Source of the DNA: Octopus vulgaris
Lineage: Eukaryota
Assembly (NCBI GenBank): GCA_951406725.2
Contig: OX597815.1
Location: 22,444,001 to 22,508,000, forward strand
Direction of reading: 5' to 3'
Length of the DNA stretch: 64,000 bases
Under the pieces are notes generated by a model. It did not search any database and had not been told where the DNA came from. It worked only from the letters and a program-made list of their open reading frames with translations. Below, one piece after another: positions 53,301 through 64,000 of the stretch. Every line of letters begins with the position of its first letter. The stretch's first letter is position 1. Both the position numbers and the translations under genes were made by a program.

Positions 53301-54010
53301 AAAATAATGAAAAAGAAGATTAAAATAGTACTGCACAGTAGTTTAACGACATTGTGTAGTGTGCGCAGTTTTTAATATTGTTTTGGAAGAGATGACAAAA
53401 ATTTCAGCAAGGTGTGTTTTTCATTTATTTTTTCTTGTGCAAATGAATACCTTGAACTGGCAATCTAGTTGCAATATGACACAAGAGATGATAACGGGGG
53501 TGGATGACAGGAAAAAATAGAAATGTGGAAAACTAAAAGAAAAGAGAAAGAAAAAAGATAACAAATAGAAACAAAATTGCAGAGTTGATAAATAAAAAAA
53601 TATTTTCTATACTTTCTGAAATATGATTGTTTTTTTTTTGTTTTTTTTTTGTTTTTTCTTATTGCAATTTTCAAATTATTTCTGTTTTGCAATTGTTACG
53701 AAATAATCTCGCTCTCCTCCTTCAACTTTTCTGTTTCCTGCTTCTCATTTTCAATGGGTTACCATTAAAAGCCAGAAGACAGAATGTGGGATGTAAAGTT
53801 TAATAAGTTCCTTGGTGGTTACTGACAGAGTAAATGATTGTACGGTGGGCGTAAGTGAAACAACTGATTAGTAAGAAGTGATCGAATATAGTAAATGAAT
53901 GTTAAAAACAAATTATATATGTGTGTGCATGTATGTGTGTATGTGTGTGTGTGTGAATATATATATATATATAACGGGAAGGTTTACGAAAATAAACAAA
54001 AGACGAAGGC

Positions 54011-54079
<69 letters not shown>

Positions 54080-54160
54080 TTTTACAAAAAGAAAACAGAA
54101 ACTGCACGTGATAATGTAAGGGGAAAGTAAGAAAAATAGACGAAAATGCACATTGTAAAT

Positions 54161-54223
<63 letters not shown>

Positions 54224-54274
54224 GTATATATGTATATATGTATATAAATTAATGTACAAGAAGGTGGCGTAAAC

Positions 54275-54559
54275 AGGCTTTAACCGAAATCACTACAATT
54301 CTTTCTGGGCATTAGTATCAGCTGGTAGTTGATACGTGTTTCGCATATACACATTATTGCATTGATGTGATCCAACAATAGCTGTGTACCTGCAAGTCTT
54401 CCGATAGTTGTTCTCGAACCCACTCACCTGAAGACTTGCAGATACGTAGCCACTCCTGGATCTTTTCAATTAAATAATGTGAAGAATATCTGAAACACTG
54501 GACAGTTAGCAGCTGATACAGATGCAGAGAAGCAATTATAAGGATTTGGATAAAAGCCT
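54275..54559. repeat. Diverged ~285-bp foldback (inverted repeat)
   Basis: Symmetric pairs aggcttt/aaagcct, gtatcagctg/cagctgatac, cacattatt/aataatgtg and ctgcaagtcttc/gaagacttgcag. Confidence 0.85.
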
Positions 54560-54748
54560 ATTCATTCAATCTTGTACTATATTTTTTTTAATGAATTCTA
54601 CAATAACGGATTTCCACGTGTATATTCAGGAAAAGGAGAATTTCTGCTGTATAATAACATATGGTAACCGACACCTGTAGAGGAGCTTTGTGAATTTCAC
54701 TATGAGATGATATTAAATATATATATATATTACGCATTTATGTATGTG

Positions 54749-54780
<32 letters not shown>

Positions 54781-55191
54781 TGTATGTATGTATGTATGTA
54801 TGTATGTATGTATTGGGAAGCAATCACTTCTTACTACACAGCTCCCTCTTCGCTTTGTATGCATATACATCGCCTGCACCTATATATATACATACATATT
54901 GTCTTTCCTATTTTTCATACTTCTTGCATTGCGAGGCTATACCTTCTTCAGATGTCCACTACAGATCACAACGATTTCGGCATCTCCTAGTACTATTGTT
55001 CACTCTAGCGGTGCCAACCAACATTAACGCGGCCAGAATATAATTTCCTTAGCTATGATCCCTCCAAAAATACAACTATCTTGTTTGGTCTTACTTTCAC
55101 GTAAATTAAGGATATACACAATGAAACATTTTCTTCCTTCGTTACCTTTTATCAAACTTTCTCTCCTTCTTTTGTCGCTATACATACAGAT

Positions 55192-55347
55192 ATACCAACC
55201 CCGGTTGTCAAGCAGTAACGGGGTACAAACAGATTCAAATACATACTACGACGGGCGTCTTTCATTTTCAGTCTAACAAATCCGTTCACAAGGCGTTGGT
55301 CGGCCCGCGGCTATGGTAGAAGACACTTGCTCAAGTTGCCATGCAGT
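55192..55347. mobile_element. SINE family A-derived partial/rearranged copy related to the 57625 copy
   Basis: Reverse-complement similarity to about 57677-57835, with shared variant residues. Confidence 0.75.
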
Positions 55348-55372
55348 TTTTATCCATGAATAACATTGTATG

Positions 55373-55425
<53 letters not shown>

Positions 55426-55526
55426 TTATATATATGATTGATTGATTGATTGATTGATTCTAGTTTCAGCTCATGAGCTGTGGCCATGCTGGGGCACCGC
55501 CATTTATATATATATATATATACATG

Positions 55527-55608
<82 letters not shown>

Positions 55609-56349
55609 CATTCATTCATACGTCGACAATGTTGCGTAAATACACACACACACGTGCATATATATACATGCGTAGATACATACATATATGTATATATGTG
55701 TGCGCGTGCCTGTGTGTGTGTGCGTGTGTGTGTGTATGTGTGTGTGTGTGTGTGTGTGTGCATGTATATACACACGTACACCTTCTGTTGTAAATTGTGG
55801 AGATAACGATCGGAATACCAATTAATGTTAAGTCATGTCTCCACAGTAAAACATATATTTCCCGAACATTTGCAATACAGACGCTGCACGGGTTTTTTCC
55901 CGTCATGGGAAATCTGTGTGCGATATCCAATAGAAACTATGGTTACTGAACATTAGATTATTATCAACAGTTAAAGATGTCTAAGTATATAGATGCTCAC
56001 CAGCAGACTGATGATCACCAATTCATATTCTGTTATAGCCTTTCAGTAGTTCTTTTTATAAAACTACAAGCAAGACACTACTTGCACATTCAGTGTCCTT
56101 AGCAACATGTAATTCTGATATACTTCATGTTAACCTCTAAGGCTAAAATCTTTCCTGGAGTCTCAAGAAGGCAACATATTTCTAGCTATGAATCAATGGG
56201 GTTACTTTCTCGTATTTTACTTCTCTGCGTATTTTTGGTTTCTAAAATGCGCAGTCATTTGAAATGTGTGACCCACAAATACAGACACCTATTTTTACGT
56301 ATACATGCAGGTTGAATTGTATATATTTGTGTGTCTGTGTGAATGTACT

Positions 56350-56392
<43 letters not shown>

Positions 56393-57624
56393 ATATATAT
56401 ATATATACATACATACATGTATGTATATACATATATATATATATATACACATATATATTTGTATGTATGTATGTATGTAGGTATGTATGTATGTATGTAT
56501 GTATGTATACTCTTACACAAACATAGATATAAGGAGGACTCTACATACCAGCGAGAAATTATGCGTGGGTATGTATCCCTGAAACATGAGAATGACGCAT
56601 ACATCGATGGGAAGTGTAGCCTCTCCCTGACCCGTGAACGTTACATCACGTGACATTCCGAGGGTGTGTTTGTGCAATCCAAGATCAAGAGATAGGTACT
56701 ACATATGTGTTAAACAAGAGACAACACCAAGACGAAGACAAACATATTGGTCATATCGCATACTGTAGACAACATTACGCATGTGGCTAGCAATTACCTA
56801 AACAAGTCCTCAAGATACCATCTCCTTAAGCGATATGGCAACTTAAAGCAGTATACAATGTCATTCATGGATTTAAAAAAACTGGGTTAGGAGAACTATA
56901 AGAATTATTATTGATGTTTGCAGTTCAAAAACTATCGCTGGAACATTTCCATGAATGCAAATATAAAAGTATAATATACACTAAATACAAGTATAATATA
57001 ACGTCACGGGTCCAATGGTCGTGATCATTCCATTGCATTTCTAGGTGAGAAAAGGAACATTTATACTCAAATGCTTCGAAATCTACGACTACTTTATCCA
57101 GATTATAAATTTAGATTGGTGCCCATAATCAGAGATGCACTTGGCTATGTTATTTATATCAATAAGTGTTTATGTAATAGTCTATTACTAAGCGTTTTAT
57201 AAAAATAAATATAAAAAATTATAAGACGAAAATTTCTTTCTAGCTAGAATCCAATCCCTTTTTTTAGAGAATTAAGTAAAAGAAGTTTTAAAAAGAAAGG
57301 CATAACTATACGAACACATAGAGAAAGATTTTTGCTCTTTTATGCCATGGCAAAGTTATGAACATCAGAATAGCACATCTCGTATAAAATCTAAATCATT
57401 ATGCCACCTTCAAAGAAGGTTAATATTACATTTTACCGATTATCAAATGGTTATAGCATGTCTCCACATCTGTATTCTATAATTTACGATGCTAACACAG
57501 TTTACAAATATGAATTAGGAGTGACGGTAATTAAAATGACCAAAATCAGTAATCGATAGGTCAGTTAAAGCAGAACATAAACTATGATGATGAGCAAAAA
57601 GAAGACATATACAGTTGTAGTTGT

Positions 57625-57992
57625 GACAGTGTGGCAAGAAGTTTTCTTCCCAACCACAAGGTTCCAGGTTCAGTCTCACTGCATGGCAACTTGGGCAAGT
57701 GTTTTCTAACATAGCCGCAGGCCGACCAAAGCCTTGTGAACGGATTTGTTAGACTGAAGATGAAATACGCCCGTCGTACGTATTTATTTGAATCTGTTTG
57801 TACCCCGTCACTGCTTAACAACCGGTGTTGGTATGACTATGCCCTCGGCAAAAGGGATCGATAAAATAAGTACCAGGAATTGAAATAGAAATAATGACTA
57901 AGGGTGATTCGTTTGACTCATCAAATTCTTTAACGTGGTGTCTCAGAATAGCCGTAGTCTAATGACTAAGACACACAAAAGATGAAAGATAA
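57625..57992 (+). mobile_element. SINE family A variant
   Basis: Head gtgtggcaagaag..ggttcagtctc, body and tail collinear with family A. Confidence 0.8.
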
Positions 57993-59077
57993 AGTTTTGA
58001 GCAAGCACTTTTCCTTATAAATATATATCATTCTACATTAACTATCGTTTGACCTCGTATTGCCAAGTATTTCGTGATTTCAATTATCGTTTTCTTTATT
58101 CCATCTTCTTTAAGTATATTTTGTTGTATTTATTACCAGTGTTGATGCAATTGTTACCGTTGTTTTTCCCTTGTCAAATTATCAGCATCACCTCCAATAT
58201 CACTTCTATCTTCATCATCATCAAATGACAAGAGGACCCCAAGGGTAGAGGAACCAGCCTTAGATATCTTATATTAAACCTTCTCAGTGATTGAAAAATT
58301 AAACACCAATCTTACATTTATGAGTAACACTATTTCTGTCATGTATATATTCAATGTCGGTTGTTGAAAATCCATAGGTCGCGGCACAAGTCATTCCAAA
58401 AATCTATTCACTTATTTAAATCCAGTTGATTAGTCAAACTAGTTGCATTGTTCTCCGTGTGTTTCAGTATCAGGAAGATTGAATTGAGTCAAACATTGCT
58501 CATTTAAAATTTAACATGTCCGCCGCACAATCTCACACAATCATATTTCACTTCCCCTACAAAATTTGATATATTGTACCTAAGAATCAATAATAATTAT
58601 TTCATAATAATTGTTTCTAATCTGTCCAAGTATAGTATCAGTAACAAATCTGTATATGCTGTGAAATCTGTATATGCTGAGAAAATTAATTATATAAGAG
58701 GCGAATTCAATGCTAAAGACGATTTGGAACGATCAGTTCATACAGAGCAATATGACAGGCGGTACATAGATAGACGTATTGCTTCACAAAAGCTGCTCTC
58801 AACTGTGTCGAAGCTATTGTTATTCGTCATAATTCAACCGGGTGACAAGACAGTGAGGAGCCAAAAATGATCCACGTCTTTCCTTCTCACTACATCTCTC
58901 TTCGTTTCTGTCTTTCTTCCTTCCCTCTTTCTTTCCCCCCTCCCCTTCTCTCTCTCTCTCTCTCTCTCTCGCACTCTCTTTTTTTTAGTGAGTATACCTA
59001 TCTGACTTTGATCTCTCTTTCTATTTCACTTACCTCCTCTGCTTCTCTCAATATCCCTCTCCTATTCATCCAATGCC

Positions 59078-59112
<35 letters not shown>

Positions 59113-59860
59113 TAGCGAATTAGCTTTTTGTAATCAAAGGCTGATTATTCGTTCGGGCGTTGTTATTAATGTCAATGTGGTTGCTGTTGTTATTGATGTT
59201 AGAGTTGGCAAGGTGGTGACTGAAGTCATTGATACTTTGTCATTTGGTTTCTTTATTCAGTTGGGTTTTTTTTTGTTATTTGTTTTCTTTATTTAGTTGG
59301 GGTTTTTTTTCCTGTTTTCTTGAAACTTGAGTCGTTTAATCAGTAAAAGTGTCAGTCATATCGACTAGACAATATGTGTGTCTATATCTATGTGTGAATT
59401 ATTTTGGAATGTATATGTTAAATGGTAGCTTTACGTGAAAATGTTGTGGAGGATAATGTTTCTGTATCTGCGGATGTAGAAGATGGGGAAGTCAATCCTG
59501 ATATATATGTGCGTATAATTACTATGTATGCACGTATGAATAAAAGTAAAGGTGGTTGATGGCAGAATCGCCAAAGTATCAGAAAATATGGTCCAAGTTG
59601 TTTACGTGCCATTACATATGATTTTGGACTAAGCACCACTTATATTGAGGGTTGACCGTCTCTATGTATGTGGCTTTGTGCTGGTATATGAAAGCCTTTT
59701 CATACATCTAAGAAATCTATAATTAATCGTTATACATATGTCTGCATACTTATATATATATATATATATATATGTGGCGGGGAGGTGTATGTGATTTATA
59801 TGCACGTAAGTGTATGTGTACGTATGCAAAAATATTTATAGGTGTATGGATATACGTACA

Positions 59861-59910
<50 letters not shown>

Positions 59911-59929
59911 TAAAGGATTATATATATTC

Positions 59930-59962
<33 letters not shown>

Positions 59963-60012
59963 TGTATGTATGTACGTATGTATGTATGTATGTATGTATG
60001 TATGTATGTATG

Positions 60013-60044
<32 letters not shown>

Positions 60045-60079
60045 GAGAGGAAGGAGGGGAAGGGAGAATATTCTCTGCC

Positions 60080-61340
60080 ATATATTTCCGGTGCCTCAGA
60101 CCTCTGGAAAGACACCAGAGCAATGGCAAACCGGAGTCACTATCCTAATTTTAAAAAAGGGAGAAAAAAAAAAGAGCGTTCTAATTGTAATACTCAAATT
60201 ATAGTGTAATTTTCTTATTGAACCTCCCCAGTAAAATCTTCACAAGGTGTCCGAAGAAGAGATGTAGCGAAAATGTCGAGTCTTAGCATGCTGGAGTTAA
60301 GTGTGGATTCCATCCTTGACGCAACAAAAAACCGACTAAATATTCCCTCTACGACAGGTCTTTGAGAAATAGTAGGAATATTGCCAAGGGATGGCCGCTT
60401 CATTAGTAAACCTCAAAAAAGCTTATGATCACATGCCGTGAAATATGATGTGGTTGGTTTTGCGAGTGTTTGAAGTTTATGAACAACTTCTGGTTGCTGT
60501 GAATTCTTATATGCTTGTGTTTATGAAAATAGGGTTAAGTTGGAACCTTTCAATGAGGGTGTTGAACTTTGGAAAAGGTTCATATTGTCACCGTTCCTTT
60601 TCATAATTTTATGAACTGGGTTGACATTCGCAGCCATTGTGGAAGTAGTATCGCAATCAGTGGTTATATGATCTGTCGGCTGATATTTGCGAACGACGAA
60701 TGAATTCACTTATTCTCAGGCCCGTAAAGCAGGGATAAGAATAAGTGTTGCAAAGTTTGAGACATTGGTCCTCTCAAGAAAGTTTTCCCAGTTCGTTTTG
60801 CGTGTTAGCGGGATGTACAAAGTTAAGTGGAAAACTTTTATTATTGGGTTGAGAAGTTTAAGTATCCACGGGTGATGGGAATCAGGAGACTGGACTGAAT
60901 GCTAGATTCTGGCGCAGTAATGCGTAAGCTTCAGCATTCGATCTGTAGAAGAGAAGTTGGTAAACAAAAGTCAAATTTGCTATCATCAATTCGCTTTTCA
61001 TGTCTATTCTCACCTATTGTCCGAAATGTTGGGTAATGACCGAAAGAGTATAATCACAAATACAAGTGGCCGAAATGAGGTTTCTCCGAATGATTTCTGA
61101 AGTAAGATTTCGTTGTGGTTGCCTAGCTTGGAGATGTGAGAGTCTCTAAGTCGAACCGCTACTTCTCTTCAGACATGTGATCAGAATCGAAAGACGGAAT
61201 CTTCAAGCCAAACTAAGCGGCAGGCGACTTAAAGGTAGACTAAGAATGAGATCTCAGTTGGTCATGCTTGGGAATTCAGCCGGAAAGTGTAATAACAGTG
61301 ACTAATGATAGGACCCTATGGAGGAAATGCCTGAGGATTC
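60080..61340 (+). mobile_element. RTE-clade LINE relic (RT and 3' end)
   Basis: WQTGVTILILKKG, CSNCN-like motif, LKKAYDH, ILSPFLFIIFM and a GR..GR C-terminus across frameshifts. Confidence 0.8.
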
Positions 61341-61394
61341 TATCCACATGACCCTGCCAACAATACATACATACATACACACACACACGCACCT

Positions 61395-61670
61395 TCGTGT
61401 TGGGGGTCATCTTTACTTTGTTATCTCCCCTACTTTCCTTCTCGTGTGTGACCCTTCTGTCCGAGTCAGACGCCAGGATAGATCGTTAGCCACTACACAC
61501 ATTTTTTTCTTTCCTTGTTTCTCTCCTTGTTTTTTTTCTGTGTCCCTTTCTGTAGAAGAGCGTAGGCTCGAAACGTAAAAGACTTTTTCTATTCCTGAGC
61601 GATATACTAATACATCTGTTTGTTTTGTACGCTACCTGTCTTCGTCTTTTGTTTTTTTCGTAAACTCTCC
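61395..61670 (+). mobile_element. Penelope terminal-repeat fragment with a degenerate hammerhead (61546-61581)
   Basis: CTTT-CTGTAGA-AGAGC-GTAG-GCTC-GAAAC-GTA-AAAG; homologous to the repeats at 19270 and 34900. Confidence 0.75.
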
Positions 61671-61844
61671 CTACATACATACATACATACATACATACAT
61701 ACATACATACATACATACATACATACATACATACATACATGCATGCATGCATGCATACATACATACATACATACATACATACATACATACATACATACAT
61801 ACATACATACATACATACATACATACATACATGTAAAGGTACTG

Positions 61845-62155
61845 GATTAGTTGTCAGGGTATTTGGTTCACGAGGGTAAGATCATAAGTTCAATTCCAAG
61901 CAGTGCGTTGTATCCTTGAGCAAGACACTTTATTTCACGTTGCTCTAATGCATTCATCCGGCACAAATGAGTTGTATATGTAAAGGGCAGCTTTGTCACA
62001 TTCTGTGTCACGCTGTATCTCCCTCAGAACTACGTTAAGAGTTCGCGTGTCTGTGGAGTGCTCAGCCACTTGTATGTTGATTTCACGATCAGGCTGTTCT
62101 GTTGATCGGATTAACTGGGGCGCTCCTCTTCGTAACCGATGGTGTGCCAGTTGTA
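61845..62155 (+). mobile_element. tRNA-derived SINE (family C)
   Basis: B-box agttcaattcc followed by the ccttgagcaagacactttatttcacgttgctc block. Confidence 0.7.
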
Positions 62156-62156
62156 G

Positions 62157-62541
62157 TTATACATACATACATACATAGATACATACATACATACATACAC
62201 ATACACATACATACATACATACATACATACATACATGCACACACACACATACATACATACATGTATACATACATACATACACATACATACATACATACAC
62301 ACATACATACATATATACATACATACACACACACATACATACATACATCATACATACATACATACATACATATATACACACATACATACACACACACACA
62401 CATACGTACATACATACATACATACATATATACATACATACACACACACATACATACATACATACATACATACACACACACATTCATACATACATACACA
62501 CACACACATTCATACATACATACATACATACATACATACAT

Positions 62542-62596
<55 letters not shown>

Positions 62597-62616
62597 TACA
62601 TACATACATACATACA

Positions 62617-62646
<30 letters not shown>
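62157..62646. repeat. Long (TACA)n/(CA)n compound microsatellite; similar tracts at 29440, 30820, 59935 and 61672
   Basis: Directly visible. Confidence 0.95.
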
Positions 62647-62647
<1 letters not shown>

Positions 62648-64000
62648 TAATCTATCAAAGTTTTTATCATGTTTAACAACATATTTAGAATCGCTCTGAA
62701 AATGCACCTGCTGTTTGACTAGCCAGGGTAAATTATCACGTTCACTAACCGAGTTGGTGCTGCTCTCGTTAAAGCATTCCTCAGGATTCGAAGACTTTTT
62801 CCTGGCTGCTGAGAAATGGTAGTGGGCATTACTTCTGAATCAATGTAATAGGTTTTTAAAAAAAGCTGAAACTAATCAATTAGGCGACTTTGGCTACTAG
62901 AAGCCATACGATTTAAACAGTGTCTATTTTCAAAGACGTGCTAAAAATAAGTTTCTTAAGTATATTAGTACAATATTGTATTACAGGTTTAATCCCATTA
63001 TTGTAACGCTGTTTACAAATATAATCTTATATATGCTGCGTTAGTGTTCCATTTAACATAGATGTATGGCCAATTTACACTAGCATGTAAATAAGGTCGG
63101 GTTTAGTTTGATCGCGCATATATTTCTCATAAATCAGTGCTCACACCTATCTCTCAACAGCCAGGTGAATGTAATCGGAATCTGAAATAGTGTGTGTATG
63201 TGTGTGTTTGTGTATCTATTCTTTCCTTCCCCACCGTCTCTTTTGTCCTAAGCGCCCACTTGGATAAACACTATTTCAATCTTACAGCGAGAAAATTTAT
63301 ATACTTATTACCGAAGATGCGTGAGCCATGCCCGTAAACAATTTCTTCGCCAAGGGAGTGGTGACAACTTGGAAAAAAATGTAATTATTAGCCAGTGTTT
63401 ACAGATGAATTCGTTTCGAGGCATATCGTTGCTAATAAGTTTATGCGTGTGTATGTGTATATATATATATTCGCCAGGTGGTTAGTGGAAATGAAAGACA
63501 GGAAAATTTCATCACACCGGAGATCTGACTTGAATACTTGAATGCATGCAACAGAGTAAACACTGTTCTAATGGTGTCGAACGTGCTAAATGACGTTAAA
63601 CAGCGTGGTGGATTAAGTCACCACCACCACCTACGTAAATTATGACATGATTGAACTGTAGTGGAAGAATTCCGACCACCCCCAAGTGACTAAAAGTTGA
63701 CTGGCACATTGCTATAAAATAAAGAACTGACAGCAGTTCAGAAGAAGCAGTTCACTGTGAGCCGAAGGCAGTGAGCGTTTAACTTCGTGTAACAGTAATT
63801 GTAGTGCGTCGTGCGAATACTTTCTTTCCCCCTGCTTCGTTAAATTAGTTATCCAATGCCACGATATAAAAGTGGTGACGACGACGAGATCGTTAATGAG
63901 AAGTTATGTATATTGGCCAACAATGAGCCTTGGCATTGACGAACTAGTGAAAGTACGCAGAGTTTGTGCCCTAGTTACAAAAGCACCTACCCATTTCTTT

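Noticed and set aside
62089-62707. Long ORFs such as MYVCMYVC..., HTYIHTYI..., YIYIYI... here and at 12116, 18799, 29218, 30560, 55350 and 59772
   Set aside because: Translations of stop-free microsatellites; not genes.
62873-62882. TAATCAATTA paired-homeodomain-type site upstream of RET
   Set aside because: About one occurrence is expected by chance in 64 kb of such AT-rich DNA.

Overview
Repeat-dense, AT-rich animal genomic DNA. The tRNA-derived SINE families and the very high (TA)n/(CA)n/(TACA)n load suggest an octopus (inference). The only host gene I can support is a minus-strand RET receptor tyrosine kinase orthologue. Five consecutive internal exons (50634-50873, 31706-32002, 21082-21341, 16541-16733, 7034-7143) splice in frame through GT-AG introns and encode cadherin-like domains 1-3. 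Their intron phases match human RET exons 2-6. I did not find exon 1 or the downstream exons. The introns contain SINEs, three mariners, R4/Dong, RTE, Tx1/L1 and CR1-like LINE relics, a non-autonomous Helitron and many Penelope-like fragments. Best leads: (1) a Naiad-type Penelope GIY-YIG relic with an in-frame TGA at a conserved Cys position, a possible fossil selenoprotein retrotransposon; (2) several minimal hammerhead ribozyme motifs, one with an intact core in the RET pre-mRNA sense; (3) a ~200-bp direct duplication flanking a SINE, plus a second ~140-bp case; (4) long foldbacks at (TA)n junctions. Most listed ORFs are microsatellite artefacts.
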